NCBI GenBank assembly: GCA_002633005.1 | Contig: NMRA01001045.1 | Location: forward strand, 1 to 64,000 | Direction: 5' to 3' | Length of the DNA: 64,000 bases | Source: Phoronis australis | Taxonomy: Eukaryota > Animalia > Phoronida | Shown: piece by piece, positions 26,781-40,149 of the stretch | How positions within the stretch are numbered: the first letter of the stretch is position 1 | How the letters are laid out: each line of letters opens with the position of its first letter | Notes under the pieces: model-generated | The model's database searches: none | What the model was told of the DNA's origin: nothing | The model's input: only the letters and a program-made list of their open reading frames with translations | Position numbers and translations under genes: made by a program

Positions 26781-26999
26781 AGTTCGTCTCAATTCGAATA
26801 AATCCTCATGAAGTCATAAGACCCACAACTTGCTATCGGCAAAGCGGGATGACAGGCTCCAATTTATTTGTTTCTAGTATCACATAATGTCATTGTCAAA
26901 ACTATTGACGACGAGCTTGAAATAGATAAACAATGTGAGATTTAATGATTGACATTATGAAAGAATGTAAATGGCATGATCATAAAAAATTTATATTAT

Positions 27000-27400
27000 A
27001 AATGGATAAACTTAGAGAATGTTACACCTGTGATCCTGGTCATGTATTTGATGTGGGAATTTTCCAAGTAAATGGAAGAAATTACTAACTGCAGCTGTTT
27101 TCAAAATAGGTACACACACCCACAAATTGAAGGGATTAACCTTAGGTCAAATTGTAGGAAAATTTTGGAAAGGACACTTTGTTTTAAATTGCGAAAACGG
27201 CTGAGATTAATGAGGTTATTAGTAAGTCTCAAGCTGCAGTTGTAGCAATGCTTACCATGATACATGTAGGTCATGATTTTGAGTTTGATACTTTAATTAC
27301 TATATACATGTACGTAACGAATCAGAAAGGTAGATTTGTTGTGCGGTCCTATTTCAAAACTGCGTTTGATTGTATATATAGGAATGTATTGTTTTTAGCT
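27000..27400 (+). mobile_element. RTE-X-like RT fragment
   Basis: FPSKW...VFKIG...GKILE...ISKSQA...FKTAFDCIYRN motifs, frameshifted. Confidence 0.55.
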
Positions 27401-29349
27401 GAGGCGCCAGAAGTCTGTGAGAGGAACGAACCAAATAATTCTATCCGTGTACTACTAAGTAAAAACTTTCGTTTGGCCGGATGATATTCACATATAAGCA
27501 TATACGGACTGTCCCAACACACTCAAACAGTGGGCATACTTATCACTATTTCTATTTATTTTTAATGGCTTGGAACAAGAAATAAAATATTCAGGTGATA
27601 ATGGGATATCTTTATACATATACATATACATATGCATATAAAAATTTACTTAATCAGTTAGTTATTCAATTATTTATTCACTATCAATGAGTAACATTAT
27701 CATACAAATCACAATACACGCACGCAACCATTCAATTGTCATTTACTAATGTAAGCAATTTTTCCATATATATCCAAATCTATCAAACCGACTCTGTGGG
27801 ATAATACTGTTTTAAAAAATTAACAAAATCATAAGTCGATGGTAAAGGGCCCCCAATCTTTGACAGTATATGTGAAATTTCGAAAGAATCAAAATTAAGT
27901 TTGTAGATGAATATGTGTTGTTGATTCCAAAAAGAACATTAACGTTCATTATTGTTTCATCGCTATCACTGATCAGAAGTAAAATTTAAAAGTATCTTCC
28001 CAGAAGGTTTTGTTGTAGCTATAATGTACAAATAAGGGCATCAAAGTTTCTGGTGTTTTTTCACAAAATGCAGGAGCAGAAAAATCCGAGACGCCTATTT
28101 TATAAAGATATCAAATTGCGCATAATAATCTATGAAATGCTCGATACTGAAACCATCTCATTTTAACATCTACAGAAAAAATAAAAACATTCAAGTATAG
28201 TGTTTTCCAACAAATTACTTATCTCAGAAATCCATTTATCCCGTGAGATCGGTTTTACACTCACATTACGAATAAATATATCATATTTTGATCTACACGG
28301 ATAAGCATAAGCATAAGCATAAATGAAAAATAACAACTAAATAAGCTAACGTCCCGTCTCATTCTCTCCCTTCCCCCAGCAGAAATATGCGTTCCGACAT
28401 TATTAACATATAATATGAAAACAAAAGTAAAGCAAAATGAACAATAATGGAAAACATTCGGTCTCCTCATACCACATACATCATAACGCAAATCCCACTT
28501 CCAACACGGCAACGCCTGGCGCGTGCAGCAGGAGAGAGGAATATAACTACAGTTCTACCAAGTCCCTGCCACCCAAGTTCGATTCACAGTTCTAATGGTT
28601 CCGGCACCATCTGCCGCTCACACTGAATATACATGTACACTGTTTCTCCGAGAGACAATACGATAAGGAACTGGACCAAATACATTCTCAATTTTATTCC
28701 TACAGGGGACCTTCTTATTAGCGGTCAATAACCTTCAATAGCCTTCTAATTGAAATCAAATTTTAATCAATGTATTATTATAATGTAATGTAAATAAAAG
28801 CGTTTTTTCTCTCTCTCTCCTACCCATGATACTGTTATATCTCAGAAATACCGTTGCACCTACCGAAAGTGATTGGACTAACACGGGTATCATTTCTAGC
28901 TTTATTCCTTTCATTCGAAGTGTCAGTAAAATACTGAACACGCTGCCAAGCGTCTTTCATTTTATCTGCTCTCCACTTTGAATACTCGTCTGTGCAACAA
29001 TCTGCGAAATTTTTGCATCATAACGCACGAAAAAATCCGAAGGTAATTTTGTTTCTCTCCCAAAAAAACAAGAAAAACGGAGAATATTTAGTAGTGCTGT
29101 GTGGAGTAGAATTATACATAACTAGAGATGCACATACTCCGGTCATTAACGCTTGCGATTAATTGGCAAAGTTTTGAACCGATTATGCAATGTGAGATTA
29201 AAACGCTCACATTGTGAATTTCCCTCAGGAGGATACTGGGTTGTACGGGATTTCTGAATGTCATATAATCTACACAACTGTTTGACCAGATCTTTTTCAA
29301 AATTCCAATCTTATCGATATAATGCCTGTCCGAAATACCGAACTTATCG

Positions 29350-30780
29350 AATCATTGCTCAGTCAAAGCCTTCGCAAAAGTCAGGGCATTGTGATTCCGT
29401 GTCACAGCAACCTGGGTTAACTTCGTGAATACGTCAGTTATGACTAAGACGTTTTCGCTACGGTCACTGGACGGCTCTACAACAGTAAAATCAACGGCTA
29501 ACATTTGCTTAGGTCTACAAGCAGTCAAGTGACTCATGATCGTCCTCGGTTTCTTTTATGGACCCATAGAAATTTGACACCTCGCGCATGATTTACAATA
29601 ATCTGCGACATCTTTCTGCATGCCTACTCAAAAGTGACGATTGTTAATCAGAGCAAATGTTCTCTCATACCCTTGGTGCCCAGCTGCATCATGCAGAGAC
29701 ACCAAAATTTCACTTCGTAGCGACTGCGGCACAATTAACATACAAACAATTTCATTATTAACTGTCAATACACTGTTTATGAACAGCTTCCCCTCTCTAA
29801 GTACAGATCATTCCAATATTTCTGTACACCGCTATGTGCAGTGTCACCAGGCTTACATTTTGCTCGCAAGCATTCCAACACGCCAACAAGAATACGGTGT
29901 AAATCTACTAATTTAGTGTTCGGTAGCGGGCAGGGAATGGCGACGAAGTGTCCAAGCCACTGCGTGTCGTAACAACACAAAGCAAAGCCTGACCGTGATC
30001 AGGACACACTATTCTTGACAGCGCGTCAGTGTCTACAAGTATATGTAAGTTTGACTTGTCAGCCTCGTACACAATCTGAAAATTATAATGCGCTTACTCA
30101 GAAACCCACCTCTGAGAGTATGCATCCAGCTTAACTGTAGACAAAGCCTATTTAACAGGGTTATTGTCTGTATAAACTGCAGACGGCAAACCGCCGTATA
30201 GGTAATCGTGAAACTTAGACGTTATGGCACTCTTAAAGCCAAAAACTCAGTTTATGTACAGAATAACGTTTTTCGGCTTCACTCAAACAACGACTCGCAA
30301 TGGCAATGGGTCCAAACCGATAACTCCTGATATAACACCGCACCTAACGATGTCATACTAGCGTCAATGTGCACAGATAATGGCTGCACTGGGCTACACG
30401 TACACAATTTCATGCGTTTAAGTTCGTCAAAAGCATACTGTTCTTTATCATCCCAAACAAACAGTCCATTGTGGGCATCAGAAGAGGTACGTTTACGACC
30501 ACTTACTCCATTTGTAAGTGCTTGAAGAGGATAAGCAATTGATGAAAAGTATTGAATAAAGTGACGGTAAAACTCTGAAAATTTTTACAAGTCTTTCACA
30601 CACTCTTGGGATAGACCCATCCAACAAAGCCGCTATCTTATCAGGATCACATACAACCCCTTGTTGAGAAACCACGTGACCCAAACACACAGTTTGCTGC
30701 TTAAACATTTCACATTTTGACGGCTTAAGTGAACTTCCCACGTTGAGGGCGGAATGTAACAGAGCAAGTCTCCAGTGAAC
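29350..30780 (-). mobile_element. Ty3/Gypsy pol remnant (RT end, RNase H, integrase)
   Basis: LKPSKCEMF...LGHVVSQQGV..DPDKI; IDAS..LGAVLYQ..IAIASR; TDNNP; LHDAAGHQG..RT...C..C; AVDFT...VLVITDVFTK. Similar non-coding blocks near 28310-28360 and 30980-31045 may be LTR remnants. Confidence 0.88.
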
Positions 30781-31399
30781 AAAACGTGTGTATTTCACCT
30801 CGTTACGCATACATGCACATTTCAGTTCAGTTACACAGGATAACGCTCAATTCCATATGGGCAAAGGAGGTAAACACGAAACACCCTTCTCCGAAGCCTG
30901 TCACTAGCGTAGTGTCCGATACATACAAAAGCGCCACGTGACGAAGGCGCACTGAGACGCAACAATGTCAGCACAAGGATAAATGAACAATAACAACTAA
31001 ATAAGCATAACAATTAGCACACAGTTGCTTGCTTACGTCCCGTCAGACTTATGTAAGAAAGTAAGTGTGCCATTCTACATCCTACTTTTCCATAATCCCG
31101 GATCATAACTTTTCTAGCTGTTCTATCATTTTTCTTTCCCCAAATAATTTTTAAATGACATTTTATAAACGCTTGGGAAGGAGAAGGGGGTGTGATAAAC
31201 GGATGTGTTAATTTTGATTAAAAAAAATAGTTTTTCCAACAGCAGCCTTCCAAGTGTCGTAAGAACACGTCTAGACAAGACATAGAATGTTTTATTTGTT
31301 TCCTTCCTTTATAATGGTAGTTGAAATTTGGAATTATTCCAAGTCTACGCTATACATGTATGTAATTCCCAATAGGGTAAAAGTTTCACTGACCCATCT

Positions 31400-31514
31400 T
31401 AAATTTGTTGGAGAGCATATGGTGGTCTCAGAGTGTTTCTTGGAACCAATCCATACGCTATTTCAGCGATTACTGACAGCTGCAAAGGACAGGTGTGAAA
31501 GTTGATCAAGCCTT
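31400..31514 (+). mobile_element. Academ ORF, part upstream of the Sola3 insertion
   Basis: TLFQRLLTAAK; rejoins in frame across the TTAA with LKFERCVVSPALF at 36261. Confidence 0.65.
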
Positions 31515-31518
31515 TTAA

Positions 31519-34500
31519 GAATGATTCCATATAAAACCATATGAAAATGAAAAATCACTATATACTCAAAAATTCATATAGAACTAATACTTTGTGCATG
31601 TGTTGGGATGCTGGCCCAAAGTACACTGCTGCAATATTTGCATTCAATGACCTTTGGTTACCGAGATATGACCTATTTGGCTATAAAGTCATAATAAATT
31701 TTGCCTTTTTTCATGTCAGTAAAACTGCATTTTTTGAACGGCAAAAAATCAGACTTGGAAAACTGGTGACAAAGTTTAACATTAATGGTCATAAAGACTC
31801 ATGTAAGGTTAGTAAGAAAATGAAATTTGCAACTCATAGGTACAATTAAATTTCCAGCAGGGGAGAAAACTCTGAGACCACTTTTCAGGCCAGTCACAAG
31901 TGGCAAGATGTTGCTTAACCTGCCTTTTATATCGGAATATATTTGAAGTTGAAATTCTCTTTGTAGACACTTCTAAGATTGAACTTTGATAATTGCTTTT
32001 AAAAAAACTTGTCTCTTTTATATTTAATTTTAAACGTGGCCCTCGAATTTGGGCATTTTTGTGATGTGGCCTTGCTCTGACTGACAAGAGAGTTGAGGCT
32101 ACTCTTTTAGTTTAGAGATATCACCTAAAATATATGATATAATATCAACAATGAAATATCACAAAAACTTAAATTTTACTTTTGCGACCCCAATTTTCTA
32201 AAACACTGCATTCTTTGTTTAACTTTACCAATAGCACTTTAGGGTTCGAGATTACATGCACTTCCTGTCACTGCAAAGAATATGGAGGAATTTCCTTCTT
32301 GTACATTTGGTCAATTTTCGTTACATACGTGTGATCGCGGAGGAAATGTGGCCTTCATTAGCTGTGTTAAAGACGTCAGAAGTCATCTGGGGTCGTGCAA
32401 AGCGCCACAGAAGTTTGAAAGTATATCGAAATTACAGCTGATACTTGCCAGAGCTGGAGATAGGAGGTTGGACTGGCAAACCAATGGAAATGCGCCGTTA
32501 TATATTTTACATCGACATGAGTTTGGACTTGGTTTTAGACAAAAACTGACGTGCTGTTATCACGAACACACAGAATATTGTCAGAGGGATAAACCAGGAA
32601 CAAGCAAAACAGGATCTGATGTCATCTCTCACCCCACACCAAGTTTTGGTTGTAATGGATTTTGCAATGAAGTTCATACCCATCAGTTTCCGTGAAGCGC
32701 AGTCCGACTGGTTAGGTAAAAAGGATCTCATGGCACGCGGCGGCTTGTATCACAAAGAAAGGTGAAAGCCATCAGGTAAAAATAAATCCTCAATTTGTAT
32801 TCAAGGTGTTACAAAGTAATTCTCAGATGTGCTCAATATTAAACAGAAAGCCAGTGATGAACAATGTTGTTGCCTTTACCTCTTTTTAGTACATTGATTT
32901 ACTGTAACAGTACAAGATACAGGGAGTGTGCACTTAATATCTAGTCTTTTTCTTGCCATTTCCCAACAAAAGCTTGACAGTGATGCATTATTTTTGTCTT
33001 AGTAGATTTTGGACACAAGCCTTCATTTTAACTGAAGCCATTGTGTACTTATGGATGATTTTCATATCTTTGTGAAGGGGAAATTTCCCCCTGCCTAGAA
33101 ATGTTTTGAAGGAGCTACTGATATAATAACCGTGTTGAGACGAACCATGTTTGAAGTTGAGTGGTGTGATTGGGTTTAGGTGGTAATAAGATATAATAAG
33201 GTAGTTATTTAAGCTAGCTGACCTATTTGAGTTTCATAATTATTGTATTTCAGGTACATACTTACATCCATACTCTAGATGCCTGCAAGCAAGACTTTTT
33301 CATTGTTTGCTGTTTAACGCTAGATGTGCTAAGGCAGGTGAAAGCTAGGGATCCACAAATAACGGAAGCTTTCGTACGCTCCGACAATGCCAATTGTTAC
33401 CATTCAGCCGCCCTTCTGATTCATTTGTTCTACATATCTGGTAACACCGGCATCTCCATTCTGCGTTACGACTTCAGTGAAAGTCAGAAGGGAAAAGACA
33501 TATGTTACAGGAAAATCGCACCCTTGAAGTACCATGCCAAGTACTTCGTCAATGAAGGCAACAACGTTCAAAATGCAGTCGACCTGAAACATGCACTAGA
33601 GTCTAGAGGAGGTGTCAAAGGCTGTTAGGTGTCCTGTAGTGTGAATGCCTCAAAGGTCCTTCCCAAGCACAGTATCCCAGGGATAAGTTTGCTGACAAAA
33701 TTTGAGTATTCCGCAGATGGCATTCGAGCATGGAAGGCCCATAGAGTAGGGTAGGGAAAACTTGTCATCAACAAGTCATGTAAACTGTTGCCTCTGAAAA
33801 GTCTTGACCTTGCAACACTCCAGTGTTTTACAACTCCAAGGGTGGAGTCGCGGATGGTATCCCATGAACGTCATACGAAGTTCACATGCACACACTATGG
33901 GTGCTCGAAATCTTTTCCTACAGATGCTTAGCTAAATGAGCACTTGGACGTTGGTGCTCATTCATCATCCCTCCAGAACGATACTCAGTTCGACCACATT
34001 TCAAGACAATCTGAGATTTTATCTACTACCACAGCTGTATCATCACCTGAGTTGTCTGCCGTTTACGTTGTTGATCTAGTCGCCGCAGGATTGGGCCCTG
34101 AAAAGTACTAGAAAAGCGGTCCGCTTCTCTGAGAAGGTAAAGACTTAACCCAGTGATATATTTTCTGAAGGTGAACAGTTAGGCAGAAAACAACAGCCAG
34201 CTGAGGTTGTAAAGATGATGCGAGAATCCAGGAATAAGCAAAGAAAAGATTTCTCCTCTGAAGAGTGGCTGTCGGAGTTGCAAATTGCTGGATTTTTCCC
34301 CGTATGGTTGCCGCGTCTCCAATCGGAAAAATTCAGAATATTGAAGATGCTGATGCTGCTGCTGCCCACGAGTTTGCCTCAATGAATGAGTTAAGGCTTG
34401 AAGTCATGAATGAGTTATCATCATAAACTGTAGGAAATTATGAACATGTTTTAGTTGTTGTCTATTCTTACGATATTGTTGTGGTCATCATTATCGTAGC

Positions 34501-36260
34501 TAGGGGACTGGGGTCCACCCTGAGCGAAATTGGAAAAAATGGAAGATGACGCAAATTAGGGGCTTCAATGGGGGAGAAATTTGAGTGGTGGCTGTTTGGG
34601 GAAAATAATCCAAGCCACTGATGGTCAACATTGAAATCTTTTGTCACTTTTTACTAGCGTTTTTTGTTTTATGTTCAGTTTGAAACTCGTAAAGCATACT
34701 TTTTACATGATTGATTCTCTTGAAACTACTGAGATTTTTATAGGAGTGATTATCTAGTTTTGAGAAACGTCTATCTTAGACATGTGTACTGAGCAAAATA
34801 AAAAGACTTTGTGTCTCAGTAGCTCTTGTTTTCTTCAAACAGAATGCAGTTTTTTTTTGAGGAGTTGTGTAGAAATGCATCATACACTAAACCTAGCATA
34901 CCTCCAAGACTGAAACTGTGGTTTTGAGTCCGCCGCATGAACGGAATTTACACATTGTGAAACTTTTAGCTGGTAAGTTGCAACAACACCCAATTGCTTA
35001 AATACTGGTTTGGAAAGTCGGTATCTTGGATATCACTGAAAGTATTATGTTTTCAATTGTAAATATCCGTACCTGTTATTTTTCTGAAATTGCAAATTCC
35101 ACTGGCGCGCTGCCACCATGCTCGGCCGCTTTTGTGTAGTACAAGAAGCATTGCGTGACTCTTTGTATGTCCCATAGCACGACACTTCTCCTCGTATCCA
35201 CCGTCCTCTTTTCACGTGTGATCTCGAAGATCTTGATTAGTTTTAGTATGAACTTTCCTATTAGTGTTAGGGGACTTTTTCATGCGCATATACAGGGATT
35301 TGTCCAGGAGGTATGAAAATGGACCAGCATGCACTGCAGGAAGTGCGTGGGATTCTTAGTCAGTTACGGTGTTTGAAAACTGGCCAAGCAATGGGTAATG
35401 GGCACCCTTAATAAGAATAAAAAGTGCTTCTCTGGAATATGAGATGTTGATGGGGTTGTATTATTAACTCATAAGTACATTAAAATTGACTTTTTTGTTT
35501 TCTGTAATCCTATAACAAATTTTTATTTTTGCACCAGCAAAACTGAAAATCCGCGAAGAAAAAGTCTCTCATACACCTTCCCATGATCTCCTTTGTCACT
35601 AATGTAGCAAAACAAATGATATTTGTTCTATTTGGCATCTTGGTCGATAGATAATTGCACAATCGAGTAGCGCGTCCTAGAGTCTTTTAATCAAACTGAC
35701 AGTCACAGATTGGCAGAAAATGTGTAAGTGAGTTATGTAAAAAACTGACAGCAAAAAACTATGAAAGAGACAAGATTTTTTATTCTTGCGTTGGGCTGAA
35801 CAAAGACAGCAGTAACAGATGGAAGTTAACTCATGTTCCAAAAGAATCCGATATAGATTTGGGAGAGTGATAAAAATGCGAAAAAATGGCCTTAATAATA
35901 AGCAGTGAAAATGATATTTTTGTAGGCTAAAATGGGAGGACATAAAATATCAAAAAATCCATCCGAACTATTTTTTTTTTACGTTATTCTTTCTTCTTTC
36001 TGCTATATAGTTATTTTTTTTCTATAGCGTGAAGCGATGATGTGTTGTTGCTGACAAAATGTTACCTACTTCCAAGTACTATTATTTGCTATTTTTCGGA
36101 AAAAAGTACAAAGTGGTCGTAAAAGGGTTAAAAAAACTCGGAAACTCTTAAAAATTCAGGCTCAGGTTTCTTTTGACAAGGCCAGCTGATGTGCTAAGTT
36201 TCAAAAAAATTGGTGATTTTGCATATATAGCCACCATCTGGTTTTTATATGGAATTGCTC
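31519..36260 (+). mobile_element. Sola3-like DNA transposon, internally deleted and decayed
   Basis: TTAA at 31515-31518 and 36261-36264. Imperfect TIRs GAATGATTCCATATAAAACCA / GAGCAATTCCATATAAAAACCA. Transposase motifs DFAMK..REAQSDWLGKKG.SWH, SDNA.CYH and YDFSESQKGKDIC. GT-AG intron at about 32776-33253. Confidence 0.8.
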
Positions 36261-36264
36261 TTAA

Positions 36265-38791
36265 AGTTTGAGCGGTGTGTTGTTTCTCCCGCTCTTTTTG
36301 TTCATCTGGTCTTCCCAGAGTCAATATTAACTGATGTAATCTGGTCCAGTGGAAGACTACCTGAGGACTACCGATTTCCAGAAGACACGGTGATGCATGT
36401 AATTGACGTCAGTTCTCTCCTTCACCGTATTCCATGGCCTAGAGGTGCAACGTTTGCGACAGTTGGTAGATCTTATGTGGATTACATCAGCAAGTACACC
36501 CAGCCTACTGTTGTTTTCGATGGTTATGGAGGTGGCTCATCAACTAAAGATGTCTCCCATGTTCGAAGACTAGGTAGGGTAATTGGAACTGATGTTCACT
36601 TCAATTGGTGACTTGGTGATCAAGTCAGAAATGGAACATATTTTGGCAAAAAGCAAAAACAAACAAAAATTTATTCACTTCTTGTCAAGTTTTACTATGA
36701 AATGCTATTTGCACAGTGGTACAAGCTCAATTGTAGAAACAACAGTAGAGAACGCAGCACAAGGTCCAACTTCACTCATTGCTGACGATACATACTTCTT
36801 GGTTCTTCTGTGGTATCAAGCTACTTCACAAAAATTTCGAATGTCCATGAAATCTGACAAGAGCCACCAAAGCAAGAGGAGAGTGTGGGACATCAAGAAA
36901 CTTCAGTCGTCTCTTGGTGCGGAAACTTGCGCGGTTTTGCCATTTGCGCATGCAGTAGGTGGTTGCGATAAAACATCACGATTGTTCGGTATTGCCAAGG
37001 CTCTCCCATTCAAGAAATTGCGTGATCAGGAATTCTGCAAAAACTCTAGAGTATTTACTAGACCCATGCAGCTGAAGCAAGACATATTTGAAGCTGGTAA
37101 GAGCTGTGTCTATGCTTTAAGGCCGTAAAGGCTCTAGAAATTTGGATGACTTATAATGTACAATACAGGTGATATGTGGAAAAGGTGTCATCAAGTGTAG
37201 CCCCAGTCCAAATACATCATTACCACCAACTGCTTCAGTAGCTAAATTTCATGCTGGCAGGACATACTATCAAGAGCAAGAGTGGTCATGTCTCCGGGGC
37301 CAGTGGCCTACACTCGCTGGATGGCGATGGATGCTGGAAAGTGGATAATTGATTCCCAGCCAGCAGCACCAGAGAACCTGTTGAAAGTAGTAAGATGCTC
37401 GTGCAAGACCAACTGCAGTTCTAGTGGATGTACTTGCAAGACGTTTGGACTGCCGTACTTGATTGCATGTGAAGAATGCCGTGGTATAAGATGCATCAAT
37501 TCATTCTCAGTTGACAGAGATTAGTTTTGTAAATACTGGTTGATTGGGTATAGAGTTTGATCACAGCTTGGAAGGTATGATTCAGACAGACTTGTAACAT
37601 CACTAAAGTGATGCCTAGTGGGAGCTATACCAGCACTTATAAACTGTTTAACTTGCTAAATATACCTTGCTAAACCTTTCTCCTGTCTCAATTGCTGCTG
37701 TATTCGCTAGTATTTACAACTAACTGGAGGTGACAATCACGGTGTGGATAGTACATGTAGTTCACTAAATTATTCGTAGAGAATTATTTTCTATACAGCA
37801 CATTTTTTCAGGAAAAGAATGACCCTTTAATCCAGACGAACTTGATGTTTTTCACCCAGATAAGTTATTATTCGTTTAACAGTCTTTAAAATGGTAGTCG
37901 TAACCATCAGAGATTGACAAAAATATTCTTATAGACGTGTTTACCTAAAAAACTCAGGATATGAAGTCTGTCAAGATGGCGTGTTTCTGGAACCTGAAGT
38001 TCTACACGAAGCAACTATTTGGTGGCCATCTTAGAAAATGATGGAATTAATCATTAGAGCCAAACGCAATGAGTCTCAATGGATTAGTCGACCCAGAAAA
38101 AACTGTGATGCAATATTTGAAGCAAGACGATATTCACTGTTCGTGCGAAGTTGTGCAAATCAAAGTAGTTTCGGAGGCTATCTTGGAAAATGTCGAACGG
38201 TGTCACAACGGCCAGGCAAAACTATTTCCAAGAGATTTGTTGACCAACAAAAATAGGTAAACCTTTTTGAATTTTTACTTTATCACTTTCCACTATCGAG
38301 TTATAATGGTTTTCTTCAAATCTGGCACCCATTTTGTCCGCCACCTTGAAAATGGTGGAAGTAATCAATAAAGCCAAATGCAATGAGTGTCAATGGATTA
38401 GACGACCCAGAAAAGCTATGGTGTAATGTTTGAAGCAAGATGACACACTAATCATTTCGTGCGAAGTTGTCGGACTCGAAGACGTTTTAGCGGCCCTCTT
38501 GGAAAATGGCGGACAGTGTCACCACAGCCATGCAAAACTATTTCCAATGGATTTGTTGATTCACAAAATATAGGTAAACCTTTTTGAATTTTTACTCTAT
38601 TACATTCCAGTCTCGATTTATAATGGCCATCTGCAAATCTGGCGGCCCTTTTGTCCGCCATCTTGAAAAAATAACTTCCGCCACTCCGACTCTGGTACAC
38701 TTTTTTCTCAAAGTATGGGTTGTGAGAGGATACGTTTTATGCAATAAAACCTGTTGCATTTTTCCAGATCATCCGTAGAATGACTGGACTA
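36265..38791 (+). mobile_element. Academ (AcademX) 3' part: XPG-like nuclease, Cys8 finger, subterminal repeats and terminus
   Basis: VID..LLHRIPW..G.T, VVFDGY..STKD..H.RR, HAVGGCDKTS.LFGI.K, LPPT and RCSCKTNC..CTCK..GL..C.EC.G..C.N motifs; ~315-bp tandem pair at 38025-38670; ends ...GGACTA (TAG terminus). Confidence 0.82.
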
Positions 38792-39342
38792 ATTCGAAAG
38801 TGTTGCATTTAAGTATTGCCTTTGCCTTGAGTTGTTCAGTAAGAAGACAGGACCGGATAGGTGTTATAATGTCTGTAAACCCACAAGCGCTTCGGTTAAG
38901 GATCCCTGGTGTATCCAATCCCCATGCCACGTCTGTTCATTGCGTCCTCACCTCCCCGTTATCCATTCTAGGCAAACTGCATTCCGATTTTGCGCGTTGT
39001 GCGGGCGTTTCCGTCCAACGACTGCTCGTCTTGCAACACTGCCAAGCTCAATGGCGAATGACAGCTGCGACAACATCGGCGCAGACGACATACTAAACGC
39101 GCTTGTTGGTACGGAAAAGTCAATACTGGGTGGAAAAGATTTGGTATCAAACCTGAGTATGGCATAGCTATTCTTAAATATCTATGAGATTGCTTTGAGC
39201 GTACATGTAATTTCACGTTTGTAACTCGATCATTATGTAATTTTGTTGTTGGTGCTGGGGCGTTCTGAGTTAAGTGACGCACGTAATTAACCATATTTTT
39301 GAAACAGGTTTGAGAAATGTGAAATAGTCTTATCGTGGTTCA

Positions 39343-40094
39343 AGTAGTGGTAGCAGTAATACACTTTATTCACGTTGAGACAAAAATACAATTGATGCAA
39401 TTAAAGCTTATGGAGACTCCGTGAGGGACCCGAAAGGTCCGCTGACCACGGAGCCAACAGAGAATAGAATACAATGATACAGATATTCAGAATTACAAAC
39501 TTAGGTGAAAATTCAATTTAAAAATACATGTAAAAAGAATAACAAAGCTTATGGAAATTAGTTACACACAAAGCAGTTGGGAATAGTGCACTCAATTTCA
39601 TATCATTTAAGACAAGGGATTTTTAAATAATTTCTAACAGAGCATAACGAATGGGCAAATTTGTTTGAGATACACTTACAGGAAGGTTATTAATGATATT
39701 AGGTAAGACATTGCGAAATGAATCTTCTGCAAATGATTTACTACAACAAGGAGTAGGAGTAAGTTATCGCCAAGTGTAATGTTCATGAACAGACCCACGA
39801 GTTATTTATTTAACGTTTTAAAAATGAAGGTAGATAAATATGAACATTTTTGTAGAAAAAATTGACAATAGCAACAACATACGAGTCCTTTATTTTGAGT
39901 ACCTGTGTAGTCATATATGGATTCGTATGGGCATTAAAACAACTAGAAGTAATAATATGAATAACGCCTTTCTATAATTAGACTTTTCTATGATGCTCAC
40001 AACCTATAGCAAAATGCCATTTATAAAATGAGGAGGGACAAAATCATTGTATCAACTTTTCAAAGTCTCAAAGAGCATTAAATGTTTAATGCTA
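39343..40094 (-). mobile_element. L2/Crack-like LINE 3' part (split by Kolobok)
   Basis: NSIKHLMLFETLKS*YNDFVPPHFINGIL; AATAAA near 39364; continues at 52302-52680. Confidence 0.65.
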
Positions 40095-40149
40095 TTAAAG
40101 GAGAATGCCACCCAAAAAACAACCTAGTTTGTATCAATTTAGTTCGAGT

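Noticed and set aside
38800-39294. GC-richer overlapping ORFs, possibly a Harbinger N-terminus
   Set aside because: Motif match too weak to support a call.
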